DNA from: an uncultured Acidobacteriota bacterium
GTDB taxonomy: Bacteria; Acidobacteriota; Thermoanaerobaculia; Multivoradales; UBA5704
Direction of reading: 5' to 3'
DNA length: 64,000 nucleotides
Assembly (NCBI GenBank): GCA_963700145.1
Contig: OY969474.1
Location: forward strand, 416,001-480,000
A program made the translations under genes and the position numbers. The notes under the pieces were generated by a model. That model saw only the letters and a list, made by a program, of their open reading frames with translations, had not been told where the DNA came from and did not search any database. Below, in pieces: positions 54,813 through 64,000 of this stretch; position 1 is the stretch's first letter; each line of letters opens with the position of its first letter.

Positions 54813-56315
54813 TCAATTCACGTCACCTCTTCCACCCCCAGTCCGCCGCGGCTTCAGGAGCTGGAACTTGATCATCTCCTTGTAGCTCACCTGGCTGTCG
54901 AGGTCGTGGCGGGCGAGCTTCAAGTGCTGGTGGAGGCCTTCGAGGACCATCTCGGCCGCCCAGGCCTGCTCTTCGCGCGCCTTGCCGCCGCCGTAGCGGG
55001 CGGCCAGGTCCCAGAGGCCCGGCACGCGCTTGAGCTCCCGCTCGTAGTCGGCGAAGGGCTGCTCGTCGGCGATCGTCACCTCGTTGCCCTCGGCGAACCA
55101 GCGGACGATCGGCGCGTAGGGCCCGCGGTCGTCCTCGCCGCCGCTCCCCACCTCCTTGGTCACTTCCGGGAAGCGCCCCTCGAAGAGCTTCTTGACTGCC
55201 TGGCCGATCAGCCGCCGCGCCACCACCTCCGCACCCTGCTGCTCCCCCTCGTAGACCATCTCCACCTTGCCGGTGATCGCCGGCAGCAGCATCTGGAAGT
55301 CGCAGAGGCGCGGCGTCACCGGCCGGTCGCCGGTGCCGAGCGCGCGCCGCTCGAGGTTTGAGACCAGCAGCTCCATCGCCGAGATCGAGACCCGCGCCGA
55401 GACCCCCGAGGACTGGTCCACGAGGTCGCTCTCGCGCGCCGCGAAGCCGATCTCCTCGATCAGCAGCCGCGCCTCCTCGGGGATCGACACCCCCGGCTGG
55501 TCGCGCTCGGTCCAGGCCTCCTGGCGGGTGATGTCCGCGGCCACCTCGCGGCTCGGCGGGTAGTGGGTGAGGATCTGCGACGAGATGCGGTCCTTGAGCG
55601 GGGTGATGATCGAGCCGCGGTTGGTGTAGTCCTCCGGGTTGGCCGAGAAGACCATCAGCAGGTCGAGCGGGATGCGCACCGGGAAGCCGCGGATCTGGAG
55701 GTCGCGCTCCTCGAGCAGGTTGAACAGGCCGACCTGGATGCGCGGCGCCAGGTCGGGCAGCTCGTTGATGGCGAAGATGCCGCGGTTGGTGCGCGGCACG
55801 ATGCCGAAGTGGATGACCTCCGGGTCGGCGAAGGTGAGGCGGCGGGTGGCGGCCTTGATCGGGTCGATGTCGCCCAGCAGGTCGGCGATCGAGACGTCCG
55901 GCGTCGCCAGCTTCTCGTTGTAGCGCTCCTCCCGCCCCATCCAGTCGACCGGCGCCTCGTCGCCGGCCTCGGCCACGATGCGCTTGCCGTGGGTCGAGAT
56001 CGGCGCCAGCGGGTCGTCGTTGAGCTCGGTGCCGGCGAGGACAGGGACCGCCTCGTCGAGCAGGGTGACGAGCGCGCGCAGGATGCGCGTCTTGGCTTGT
56101 CCGCGCAGCCCCAGGAGGATGAAGTCATGCTCGGCGAGCAGGGCGTTGACCACGCCCGGGATCACCGTGCGGTCGTAGCCCAGGATGCCGGGGAAGAGCG
56201 GGCCGCCGGCGGCGAGGCGGGCGCGCAGGTTGTCGCGCAGCTCGCGCTTGACGGTGCGCGGGCGGTAGCCGGAGGCCCTGAGCTCTCCGAGCGTCGTGGG
56301 ACGGCGGTTCGACAT
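54813..56315 (-). CDS. AAA+ ATPase (Mg-chelatase/MoxR-like), partner of the VWA protein
   Basis: Walker A GLRGQAKT, FAINELPDL, ANPEDYTNRG. Confidence 0.87.
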   Translation of the reverse strand: MSNRRPTTLGELRASGYRPRTVKRELRDNLRARLAAGGPLFPGILGYDRTVIPGVVNALLAEHDFILLGLRGQAKTRILRALVTLLDEAVPVLAGTELNDDPLAPISTHGKRIVAEAGDEAPVDWMGREERYNEKLATPDVSIADLLGDIDPIKAATRRLTFADPEVIHFGIVPRTNRGIFAINELPDLAPRIQVGLFNLLEERDLQIRGFPVRIPLDLLMVFSANPEDYTNRGSIITPLKDRISSQILTHYPPSREVAADITRQEAWTERDQPGVSIPEEARLLIEEIGFAARESDLVDQSSGVSARVSISAMELLVSNLERRALGTGDRPVTPRLCDFQMLLPAITGKVEMVYEGEQQGAEVVARRLIGQAVKKLFEGRFPEVTKEVGSGGEDDRGPYAPIVRWFAEGNEVTIADEQPFADYERELKRVPGLWDLAARYGGGKAREEQAWAAEMVLEGLHQHLKLARHDLDSQVSYKEMIKFQLLKPRRTGGGRGDVN

Positions 56316-57271
56316 CAGTCGTGCTGCTCCTCGAGCCAGCGCTCGGCGTCGATCGCCGCGCGGCAGCCGGTGCCGGCGGCGGTCACCGCCTGGCGGTAGA
56401 TCGAATCGGCGGCGTCGCCGGAAGCGAAGACGCCGGGGACGTTGGTGCGGGTGGAGGGCTCCTGCACCCGGATGTAGCCGACCTCGTTCATCTCCAGCTT
56501 GCCGCGGAAGATGTCGGTGTTCGGCTTGTGGCCGATGGCGAGGAAGACGCCCTGGGTCGGAAACTCGCTGTCCTCGCCGGTCTTGCGGTTGTGCAGCTTT
56601 ACGGCCACGACCCCGCCCTCGCGGCTCCCCAGGATGTCGGTCATCAGGCTGTTCCAGATCCAGGAGATCTTGGGGTTGGCGAAGGCGCGGTCCTGCATGA
56701 TCTTCGAGGCCCGCAGCTCGTCGCGGCGGTGGATGACCGTCACCTTGCTGGCGAACTTGGTGAGGTAGGTCGCCTCCTCCATCGCCGAGTCGCCGCCGCC
56801 GATGACGACGATCTCCTTGTCGCGGAAGAAGAAGCCGTCGCAGGTGGCGCAGGCCGAGACGCCGTAGCCCATGAGCTCGGCCTCGGCGCGCAGCCCCATG
56901 AGCTTGGCCGTGGCGCCGGTGGCGATGATCACGGCGCCGGCGCGGTAGGTCGCCTCGTCGGTGCGGACGGTGAAGGGGCGGCGGTCGAAGTCCACCTCGA
57001 CCACCTGCTCCCACTTCGACAGCGCCCCGAAGCGGCGCGCCTGGTCGCGCATCTTCTCCATCAGCTCGGGGCCCATGATCCCTTCGGGGAAGCCGGGGTA
57101 GTTCTCGACGTCGGTCGTGATCGTGAGCTGCCCGCCCGGCTGGTTGCCTTCGAGCACCAGCGGCGCCAGGTCGGCGCGGGCGGCGTAGAGCGCCGCAGTC
57201 AGCCCGGCCGGGCCGGAGCCGAGGACGACGACGCGGTGATAGGGAGGGGACTGCGGCTCGGCGCTGGCCAT
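56315..57271 (-). CDS. trxB: Thioredoxin-disulfide reductase
   Basis: [26 protein letters not shown]. Confidence 0.96.
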   Translation of the reverse strand: MASAEPQSPPYHRVVVLGSGPAGLTAALYAARADLAPLVLEGNQPGGQLTITTDVENYPGFPEGIMGPELMEKMRDQARRFGALSKWEQVVEVDFDRRPFTVRTDEATYRAGAVIIATGATAKLMGLRAEAELMGYGVSACATCDGFFFRDKEIVVIGGGDSAMEEATYLTKFASKVTVIHRRDELRASKIMQDRAFANPKISWIWNSLMTDILGSREGGVVAVKLHNRKTGEDSEFPTQGVFLAIGHKPNTDIFRGKLEMNEVGYIRVQEPSTRTNVPGVFASGDAADSIYRQAVTAAGTGCRAAIDAERWLEEQHD

Positions 57272-57475
57272 CGAGAGAGTGGTGCCTCCTGGGGGCTGGT
57301 GTGGGTGCGCGGGGCCGGGAGGACCGCCCGAACGGCCCGCCGGCAGTATACCAGCGGGGTTCGCGGCCCTCGGGCCCTCATCCTGCAACAGAAGGAGCCG
57401 GCGGCGCTCTTCCAGCGCGCCGTAGAATGGGCGCACGCGGCCGACCCGGCCGCCGCGCAGGGAGGGAGACGAGAG

Positions 57476-58003
57476 ATGCTCGCAAGCCAGAAGCTGATCG
57501 ACGCGTTCAACGGCCAGATCGGCCACGAGATGGGGGCCTCGCTCCAGTACGTGGCGCTGGCCAGCTACTTCGACGCCGAGGTGCTGCCGCAGCTCGCCCA
57601 GTTCTTCTACCGCCAGTCCGAGGAGGAGCGCGACCACGCGATGAAGTTCGTCAAGTTCATCGTCGACGTCGGCGGCCGGGTGGACATCCCCGAGATCCCG
57701 CGCGCCCGCTGCGACTTCGCCTCGGCCGAGGAGGCCGTGCAGCTCGCGGTGGACTGGGAGAAGCAGGTGACGCAGCAGATCTACGACCTGCTGGAGCTGG
57801 CGGTCAAGGAGAAGAACCACATCGCCCGCCGCTTCCTCGACTGGTTCGTCGACGAGCAGCTCGAGGAGGTGACGACGATGACGTCACTGGTCGCCATCAT
57901 CCAACGCGCCGGCAAGGAGCGCTTGATCCTCGTCGAAGACTACCTGGCCCGCGGCGGCGCCAGGAGCCTAGAGAGCCCCGCTGCGCCGGGCGGTGAGACC
58001 TAA
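57476..58003 (+). CDS. Ferritin (non-heme)
   Basis: QIGHE...[20 protein letters not shown] ferroxidase residues; GGAGGGAG upstream. Confidence 0.92.
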   Translation: MLASQKLIDAFNGQIGHEMGASLQYVALASYFDAEVLPQLAQFFYRQSEEERDHAMKFVKFIVDVGGRVDIPEIPRARCDFASAEEAVQLAVDWEKQVTQQIYDLLELAVKEKNHIARRFLDWFVDEQLEEVTTMTSLVAIIQRAGKERLILVEDYLARGGARSLESPAAPGGET

Positions 58004-58062
58004 CGTCGGATGCAGCCAGGGGCCGGCAGCCCTCAGGAGCTCGTCCTGCGAGAACGAGCGGC

Positions 58063-58091
58063 TTGCAGGGCTCGCGCTTTTCGGCTATACC
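58063..58091 (+). promoter_or_regulatory. Putative retron promoter
   Basis: TTGCAG, N17, TATACC immediately before the first inverted-repeat arm. Confidence 0.45.
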
Positions 58092-58092
58092 T

Positions 58093-58241
58093 GGGGTTGG
58101 CACTTGGCGGCGAGCCCAGAATTGAGTTCTGCTGGCGATCCGTCAGCGGCTTATTGGGTGTTTAGCTTTACAGGTTCGCTGAGCGAGGCTCGGTGGGCGC
58201 GCTACAAGGTAGAATTTCGCCCGTCGCCAAGTGCTTACCCC
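58093..58241 (+). ncRNA. Retron msr/msd ncRNA
   Basis: Arms GGGGTTGGCACTTGGCGGCG (58093-58112) and CGTCGCCAAGTGCTTACCCC (58222-58241) have a perfect 10-bp core. Internal hairpins at 58117-58131, 58131-58147 and about 58178-58194. Lies directly upstream of a retron RT. Confidence 0.75.
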
Positions 58242-58281
58242 CGACTCGTCGACTTTAATCGTTGAACCTCGTGGGTTGGCC

Positions 58282-59889
58282 ATGCCTGTCTCTCTCATTG
58301 TCCCTGGACCCCCGGACGAGCTTAAGACGCGGTTCCTTACTCTCCGCACAATACGAGATGTGGCCCGCCTTTTGATGATCACTGAGGAGCATCTCAACTA
58401 TCTCGCATACTATCGACGCAAGGGGAAGTATCGCACCTTCACTGTTAAGAAGAGGCGGGGTGGCAGACGGACCTTGGCTGAACCATTCCCTCCACTTAAA
58501 CTACTGCAAAAGCGACTACTGAGCGTGCTCAGCCACGTCTATAAGCCACGATCTGCTGTGCATGGCTTCACGTCTGGCCGAAGCATCGCCAAAAATGCGC
58601 AGAAGCACGCCGGACGACGTCTCGTCCTGAACCTTGACCTTCTGGACTTTTTCCCTTCCGTAAACTTCGGGCGCGTTCGCGGCATGCTACTAGCTAAGCC
58701 GTACCTCTTGGGCGGGCCAGCTGCAACAGTGCTTGCCCAGTTGTGCTGTTACAAGAATAGCCTTCCACAGGGAGCACCGACATCGCCGATAATCTCGAAT
58801 ATGATTTGTAGAGGCCTCGATCGAGAGCTTGAGCTTCTGGCGCGAAAAGTACGATGCACGTATACCCGCTATGCGGACGACTTGACGTTCTCTACTGATG
58901 AAGCTCAATTTCGGCATGAGCTGATAGCTGATTCTCACGCGGAGCCTGTCGTACTGGGGGCAAGGCTGCGGTCTGCCATTGAGTCACATGGCTTCCAGAT
59001 CAATGAAGGGAAGATCCGAATTCAGAGTCAAGCGCAGCGGCAGGAAGTTACAGGTCTTACAGTGAACTCCAAGCCAAATGTCCAACGCCACTATATTCGC
59101 AGAACCCGCGCAATGCTGCATGCTTGGGAGAAGTATGGCCACGATGCCGCGGAGCGAGTTTTTATTGCGAACGACACGAAGGACAGGGGCCCCTATCACC
59201 AACGGCCGAAGTTCGGTCGGGTCGTTAAGGGAAGGCTAGACTTCCTGGCGATGGTCAGGGGGAACGACGATGCGGTCTATCTCAAGTTCATCAAGCAATA
59301 CGCAGCATTGAACCCTTCCTATCGACCTCTGCCCGTCGAGCAACAGCGCCCACGGCACCTTAAGACCTACCGCGACGCGATTTGGGTGCTTGAGGGCGAA
59401 AGTCAAGGAACAGCTTTCGAACTTGAAGGCTATGGGCTCATCAGCTGCGATCACGTAGTCGGCGGGCAGATGCAGGTATACCGTCCTGGTCGTCCCGAAG
59501 TACGTTATCCTGTGGAAATTCTCGCGAGAGACAGAGAGCTGGATGTCGCCGTCCTGCGTTTCGGCGGCGAGGGCGGTTTTCTCCTGAAGCGGTCGCTGGC
59601 AGGAGTAAGCCAAGGGACTCCTGTGAAGTTACTCGGATGCCCCCAGCATTCGACGGGAAGCAGCCTCTATGAGGAATTAGGGTCTGTGGCGGGTATTCGT
59701 AGACACATGCAGCAGGAGCGCATTCTGGTGACTATGAGGATCGTTGCGGGCTCCAGCGGCAGCCCAGTTATTGATTCATCTGGTAGAGTCATCGGAATCG
59801 CTGCGACTGGGGACGACAAATTCGAGGAGGAGCGAGCGGTTCAGTATGGTGTGATTCCTATCGGTACACTCGACAAGTTGGCTGTCTAG
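58282..59889 (+). CDS. Retron reverse transcriptase fused to a C-terminal trypsin-like serine protease
   Basis: RT: NAQKH (region X), DFFPS, LPQGAPTSP, YADD (58870), VTG (59047, region Y). Protease triad: CDHV, DVA, GSSGSP. Confidence 0.92.
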   Translation: MPVSLIVPGPPDELKTRFLTLRTIRDVARLLMITEEHLNYLAYYRRKGKYRTFTVKKRRGGRRTLAEPFPPLKLLQKRLLSVLSHVYKPRSAVHGFTSGRSIAKNAQKHAGRRLVLNLDLLDFFPSVNFGRVRGMLLAKPYLLGGPAATVLAQLCCYKNSLPQGAPTSPIISNMICRGLDRELELLARKVRCTYTRYADDLTFSTDEAQFRHELIADSHAEPVVLGARLRSAIESHGFQINEGKIRIQSQAQRQEVTGLTVNSKPNVQRHYIRRTRAMLHAWEKYGHDAAERVFIANDTKDRGPYHQRPKFGRVVKGRLDFLAMVRGNDDAVYLKFIKQYAALNPSYRPLPVEQQRPRHLKTYRDAIWVLEGESQGTAFELEGYGLISCDHVVGGQMQVYRPGRPEVRYPVEILARDRELDVAVLRFGGEGGFLLKRSLAGVSQGTPVKLLGCPQHSTGSSLYEELGSVAGIRRHMQQERILVTMRIVAGSSGSPVIDSSGRVIGIAATGDDKFEEERAVQYGVIPIGTLDKLAV

Positions 59890-59895
59890 GTCCCT

Positions 59896-60090
59896 ATGTC
59901 GACCAGGTTCAAGAGCGGCACACCACGCGAGTGTTCGCGCGAGGTCATCCATCTAAGCGCCTCTTACCTTCAGGCGGTAGAGCAGCTGGAGGCGCGGCCG
60001 GAGAACCAGAGCGGCGCTGACAAGACCTGGGTGGAGCGGGCGCTCCGGGAGTTCCGGGAGCACTACGCTAAAGCCGTACGGGTACGCTGA
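59896..60090 (+). CDS. Small helical hypothetical protein
   Basis: 64-aa ORF, 6 nt after the RT stop and 5 nt before the next gene; start uncertain. Confidence 0.5.
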   Translation: MSTRFKSGTPRECSREVIHLSASYLQAVEQLEARPENQSGADKTWVERALREFREHYAKAVRVR

Positions 60091-60095
60091 ACGGA

Positions 60096-60608
60096 GTGGA
60101 TCCGTTCCTTCAGCTCGTTGCTTCACTCCGCGCTTCCGGAGTGCGGTTCGTGATCATCGGGGTGGCGGGCGCGAATTACTACGCCGGCTCCGGTTCGACC
60201 CTCTTCGTCACCCAGGACCGTGATCTCCTGCTTCCTCTCGATCCGGACAACCTCCTGCGCGCTTGGCAGTGCTGCCGCGACTCCGGACTGAACCTGTGGG
60301 GGGATGACGAGCCGCTCGGTGATCCGCTCGACCTCGACTTCGCCCGACGCGTCGTGGAACGCCGGGCCGCTACGCGAGCAACCGACGCCTACGGTCTGGA
60401 GATCGATCTCACCCCTGTGATGGCTGGCTTCACCTTCGAGGAGGTCTGGAGCGAGCGGCGGACTTTCCTGGTCGAGGGAGTCGAGATCCCGGTGGCCCGT
60501 GTCAAGCACATTGTGCAGTCCAAAGCGGCGGCAGGGCGCGACAAGGATCGCCTCTTCCTTGCCACGCACGAGGAACGGCTGCGAGCTCTAATGGACGACG
60601 ATGGCTGA
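60096..60608 (+). CDS. Pol-beta-fold nucleotidyltransferase (DUF6036-like)
   Basis: FVIIGVAG, TQDRD, IDL, SKAAAGRDKD. Confidence 0.75.
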   Translation: MDPFLQLVASLRASGVRFVIIGVAGANYYAGSGSTLFVTQDRDLLLPLDPDNLLRAWQCCRDSGLNLWGDDEPLGDPLDLDFARRVVERRAATRATDAYGLEIDLTPVMAGFTFEEVWSERRTFLVEGVEIPVARVKHIVQSKAAAGRDKDRLFLATHEERLRALMDDDG

Positions 60609-60661
60609 GTAAGCCGCCGTGGACAGCGTCAGCGAGCTGGCGAAGAGGTAAGGAGCTCGCT

Positions 60662-60901
60662 CTATACGGCGACGCGCACGTGCTCGCGCAGGAACTCGGG
60701 CGCGAAGTCCGCACCGTTCTCCCAGGCCAGGGTGTGGTACGCGAGCGTGAACTGCTTGAACAGCTCGATGTCACGGAGGGGACCGAAGACCGGCCCCTCG
60801 AGCTCGGCGCTCAGGTCTACCTCGCCGCAGGTGCCGTCGTTGAACCGCAGCCAGACCGTGTAGTCGCGAACGTAGTGGGCATCTTCTACGTGCAGGAACA
60901 T
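60662..60901 (-). CDS. DUF2442 family protein
   Basis: LRFNDG...VDL...GPVFGPL...TLAWENGADFAPEFL. Confidence 0.85.
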   Translation of the reverse strand: MFLHVEDAHYVRDYTVWLRFNDGTCGEVDLSAELEGPVFGPLRDIELFKQFTLAYHTLAWENGADFAPEFLREHVRVAV

Positions 60902-60963
60902 TCTCTACTCCAGCGACGCGATGGGTCGAGGGAAAGCCTCTGCTGGCGAACTACCGCTGAAGC

Positions 60964-61344
60964 TCAGAGCCGATGCGCTCCGTCCAGCTTCCCAAGGTCG
61001 CGGTCGAACGTGCCGAGCGGCAGGTGGCCCGCTTTGCGGGCGATTTCCAGGACCAAGCAGTCAGAGAATCCCAGCGCCGGCCTCCTCCGATAGTGCGCGA
61101 GCGCCGCTGTGACGGCGTCGGCATCCTGGAGTGTCAGGTCGTTATGATCGAGGAACATCTCGACTGCAGTTCCGATCTCCGCGGTGCCCAGCCCGTAGGT
61201 GGTCGAGAGTACCCAGATCGTTTCCGCGAGCACGAGGTGGGAGACCCAGGCCCCCTTGGCGACGAATTCCTCCGCCGCGGCCATCTGCTTGGCATCGTCG
61301 GCCGTGGCGAGGCGGACCAGGACATTGGTGTCAACGGCGCGCAT
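60964..61344 (-). CDS. vapC: PIN-domain toxin (VapC)
   Basis: VDTNVLVR, LAETIWVL, FSDCL, TFD. Confidence 0.9.
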   Translation of the reverse strand: MRAVDTNVLVRLATADDAKQMAAAEEFVAKGAWVSHLVLAETIWVLSTTYGLGTAEIGTAVEMFLDHNDLTLQDADAVTAALAHYRRRPALGFSDCLVLEIARKAGHLPLGTFDRDLGKLDGAHRL

Positions 61345-61594
61345 GCCGCTTCCGCACGTACTGCCGGATTCCCTCCTTGAGCTCTTCGAGGCTCCGCGGC
61401 GGCGGCGGGCCGTCAGGGAACAGGGCCGCGTGGATATCTTCGAAGGTGTAGCGCCCCGACCGGCGCACCACGACCGCGTCCCCCTCTTCATCCCATTCGA
61501 GGACGGAGCCCGGGCCGACTCCGAGCTTGCGGCGGACCTCGGCCGGAACGGATATCTGCCCCTGTGCGGTGAGCTTTGAACGCGCGAGTGCCAT
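61331..61594 (-). CDS. AbrB/MazE-type antitoxin (VapB)
   Basis: LTAQGQISVPAEVRRKLGV; overlaps the toxin start. Confidence 0.9.
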   Translation of the reverse strand: MALARSKLTAQGQISVPAEVRRKLGVGPGSVLEWDEEGDAVVVRRSGRYTFEDIHAALFPDGPPPPRSLEELKEGIRQYVRKRHARR

Positions 61595-61657
61595 ACCCTC
61601 TACATTACCACGGTAATGAAAGAGCCGTCAGGCGTCTAGAACGGCCGCCGCGACGGT

Positions 61658-62188
61658 TCAGCGGCAGTTGCGGCCGTACGTGCGGACGTGCACGTCGAGG
61701 GTGCCGGCGCGGTCTTTTTCCAAGAGCGCTTCGAGGAGCGGGTAGGTGTCGGGGGACTTCTCGGCCTTGAGCGCCTGGTAGGCCCGCAACGTGCCCTGGA
61801 GACCGGCGACTAAGGTCTCGGTCTGGCCGGGGCCCGTGCCGGGGTTCTGGATGAGGTAGGCGGCCCCCGAATAGGCGTGCTGCATCGTCAGGTCGCGGGG
61901 CAGCTCCTTGGTCACCGCCTCCTTGGTCGTGCCGAAGAGGCTCAGGCAGTACTTGACCGTTAGGTCGGGGATCTCGCCGAGCCAGGTGTCCAGCCACTGC
62001 CGGGCCTGCGCCGCTTCCGGGGAGGCGGGCGCGGTCTCGAGGACGCGCACCAGCTCGACCGCCTTGGCGCGCTCTTCAGGGGTGGAGGGACCGCGCTTCG
62101 CCGGGGGTTGCGCCGTCGCCGGCGCCGCGGAAAGGAGGAGGAGTGTAAGGACGGAGGCTAGGAGCGAGAGCTTCGCGGGATGCATCAT
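61658..62188 (-). CDS. Secreted hypothetical protein
   Basis: Sec signal peptide ending ATA-Q; helical mature region. Confidence 0.7.
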   Translation of the reverse strand: MMHPAKLSLLASVLTLLLLSAAPATAQPPAKRGPSTPEERAKAVELVRVLETAPASPEAAQARQWLDTWLGEIPDLTVKYCLSLFGTTKEAVTKELPRDLTMQHAYSGAAYLIQNPGTGPGQTETLVAGLQGTLRAYQALKAEKSPDTYPLLEALLEKDRAGTLDVHVRTYGRNCR

Positions 62189-62197
62189 CCCCCAAGC

Positions 62198-63535
62198 CTA
62201 CCATCCGACCCGCGCCACCACGAGCGTCAGGTCGTCCGGCTGCTCGACGTCGCCCTTGAAGTTGGCGACGCTGTTGAGGAGGGCGTCGCGCACCTGGCGG
62301 GCGGAGCCGGCGTTCAGGGCGCGCCGCAGCGACCGCGCCACGCGCTCGGCGCCGTAGTGCTCGCCGTGGCGGTCGAGCACCTCCGGCAGGCCGTCGCTGT
62401 AGAAGAGGAGCAGGTCGCCGGGGGCGAGCCCCACCATCTGCTCGCGCGGCTCCGCGCCCAGCCGCGTGCCGAGCGGCAGACTGCTCGAGCCGAGCTCCGT
62501 CACCTCGCCGGTCGCCGCCGCGCAGTGGAGGGCCGGAGGGTGGCCGGCGCTGGCCACCGTCACCCGGCGCTCGGCGGCGTCCACGATCCCGACCTGCAGC
62601 GTCACCAGCATCCGCTTGGGGCCGGCCTCGCGCACCATGCGGTCGAGCCGCGCCAGGACCGGCAGCGGGGCGCACAGCTCCTCGCGCAGCATGTAGAGGC
62701 AGCTGCGCACGCCGTAGAGCATGAGACCGCTCGCCACCCCGTGCCCGGCGACGTCGCCGACGACGATCGCCAGGCAATCGCCGTCGAGCTTGAAGAAGTC
62801 GAAGTAATCGCCGCCCACCTCCTTGGCCGGCAGCGAGACGCTCGCCAGGTCGAGCCACGGCAGCTCGGGCGCGCTGCGCGGCAGGATCGAAAGCTGGATC
62901 TTGCGCGCGTCGTCGATCTCGCCGCGCAGCCGCGAGCGCTCGCGCTCGCGCAGCGACAGCATGCGCCAGGCCTCGAGGAAGCGGCGGCGGCGGGAGCGGG
63001 TGACCGCGACGGCGATCGCCGCGCTGAGCAGGTTGGCGACGGCCACCCCCGCCATCGCCTGCAGGCTCACCGCCTCGGTCCACAGGAGGCCCAGACCGAG
63101 CGGGCTGGTGACCGCGGCGCAGACGAAGAAGAGGAAGCCCAGGAGGACGTGCTCCTTGGGGCGCAGGCGGAAGCCGATCGCCAGCAGCGGGAAGGCCAGG
63201 GCGCTGATGAAGAGGGTGTTGGCCGGCCCCTCCAGGTAGAGCGACAGCGCCAGGCACTGGAAGGCGACGAACGGGATCATCAGCGAGCGGAAGTTGCTCT
63301 CGACGAAGCGCGTGTTGCGGGCCAGGAAGAGGGCGCTGATGAGGACCAGGTTGACCAGCGACATGCCGGTCGCCAGGTCGCGCTCCTCGTAGAACTCGAC
63401 CGTCCCCGCCGCCGCGAACGGCGCGAAGACCAGGAGGAGCCAGCGCAGGTAGACCCAGTTGCGGCCGTCGAAGTGCTTCTGGAGCGCCTGCTCCTGCGGC
63501 AGCAGGATCAGCTCGTCCAGGGTGAAGGGGCGCAT
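62198..63535 (-). CDS. Membrane-bound PP2C/SpoIIE (RsbU-like) phosphatase
   Basis: N-terminal transmembrane helices; VGGDY, GDVAGHG, YSDG, DDLT. Confidence 0.92.
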   Translation of the reverse strand: MRPFTLDELILLPQEQALQKHFDGRNWVYLRWLLLVFAPFAAAGTVEFYEERDLATGMSLVNLVLISALFLARNTRFVESNFRSLMIPFVAFQCLALSLYLEGPANTLFISALAFPLLAIGFRLRPKEHVLLGFLFFVCAAVTSPLGLGLLWTEAVSLQAMAGVAVANLLSAAIAVAVTRSRRRRFLEAWRMLSLRERERSRLRGEIDDARKIQLSILPRSAPELPWLDLASVSLPAKEVGGDYFDFFKLDGDCLAIVVGDVAGHGVASGLMLYGVRSCLYMLREELCAPLPVLARLDRMVREAGPKRMLVTLQVGIVDAAERRVTVASAGHPPALHCAAATGEVTELGSSSLPLGTRLGAEPREQMVGLAPGDLLLFYSDGLPEVLDRHGEHYGAERVARSLRRALNAGSARQVRDALLNSVANFKGDVEQPDDLTLVVARVGW

Positions 63536-63608
63536 GGGGGGGTCGGCGGCAGGCGGAGCGGGCGGAGTCTACCGGAAGCCGCCGCGGCGGATTAGGATGC
63601 CGCCGCTC

Positions 63609-64000
63609 ATGCGCTGGTTCGTGCGCGGCGACATCGACGGCTTCTTCGGCCTGGCGCTCGACAATCTCGTCCAGCTCCTGCTGATCGACACTCTCTGCCG
63701 CGTCGTCCTCGGCTTCCCCGACGCGCTGATCTACGGCCGCGTGCTGCCGGGGGCGGCGGTCTCGCTCCTGGTCGGCAACCTCTTCTACGCCTGGCAGGCG
63801 GTGCGGCTGGGGCGCGCCGCCGGGCGCGCTGACGTCTGCGCGCTGCCCTACGGCATCAACACGGTCTCGCTCTTCGCCTACGTCCTGCTGGTCATGCTGC
63901 CGGCGCGGCTCGCCGCCGAGGCCGCCGGCGCCGCCGACCCGGCGCGCGTCGCCTGGCAGGCGGGGCTGGTGGCCTGCCTGGGCTCGGGGCTAATCGAGCT
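63609..64000 (+). CDS. NCS2-like permease, N-terminal part; runs off the window
   Basis: Hand translation MRWFVRGDIDGFFGLALDNLVQLLLI...CALPYGINTVSLF. Confidence 0.75.
   Translation, partial: MRWFVRGDIDGFFGLALDNLVQLLLIDTLCRVVLGFPDALIYGRVLPGAAVSLLVGNLFYAWQAVRLGRAAGRADVCALPYGINTVSLFAYVLLVMLPARLAAEAAGAADPARVAWQAGLVACLGSGLIE

Noticed and set aside
58231-58281. Upstream GTG start for the RT
   Set aside because: It overlaps the ncRNA arm; ATG 58282 was preferred, though this is unproven.
57993-58397. Small ORFs 57993..58265 (+) and 58143..58397 (-)
   Set aside because: They overlap the predicted ncRNA and RT, and have no recognisable motifs.
58282-59889. Group II intron, DGR or CRISPR-associated RT
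   Set aside because: NAxxH and VTG motifs plus a short upstream inverted-repeat ncRNA indicate a retron. No intron domain V, TR/VR pair or cas genes were seen.

Overview
Very GC-rich bacterial DNA. An Acidobacteriota (Thermoanaerobaculia-like) origin is a guess from gene content, not demonstrated. From left to right: (1) the 5' part of an arginine operon on the minus strand (argR-argG-DUF1611-like-argC-argD), with a sigma70 promoter overlapped by an ARG-box-like site; (2) an XRE regulator; (3) a ~36 kb, five-gene NRPS/PKS assembly line with 10 A domains plus KS-AT-ACP-TE, an embedded sulfotransferase after a Ser module, a fungal Lys2-like A domain, and one single-base frameshift; (4) a Tat-exported vanadium haloperoxidase and a cysteine dioxygenase-sulfite oxidase pair; (5) housekeeping genes (THUMP methyltransferase, TerC, VOC/MarR, RNase D, MurJ, cytochrome c, TonB receptor, AAA+/VWA, trxB, ferritin); (6) a lower-GC defence islet with a retron (msr/msd-like ncRNA with a1/a2 inverted repeats, and an RT fused to a trypsin-like serine protease), followed by a nucleotidyltransferase pair, a DUF2442 gene and vapBC; (7) a SpoIIE phosphatase and a truncated NCS2 permease. 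All family and substrate calls come from motif recognition by eye; no searches were run.
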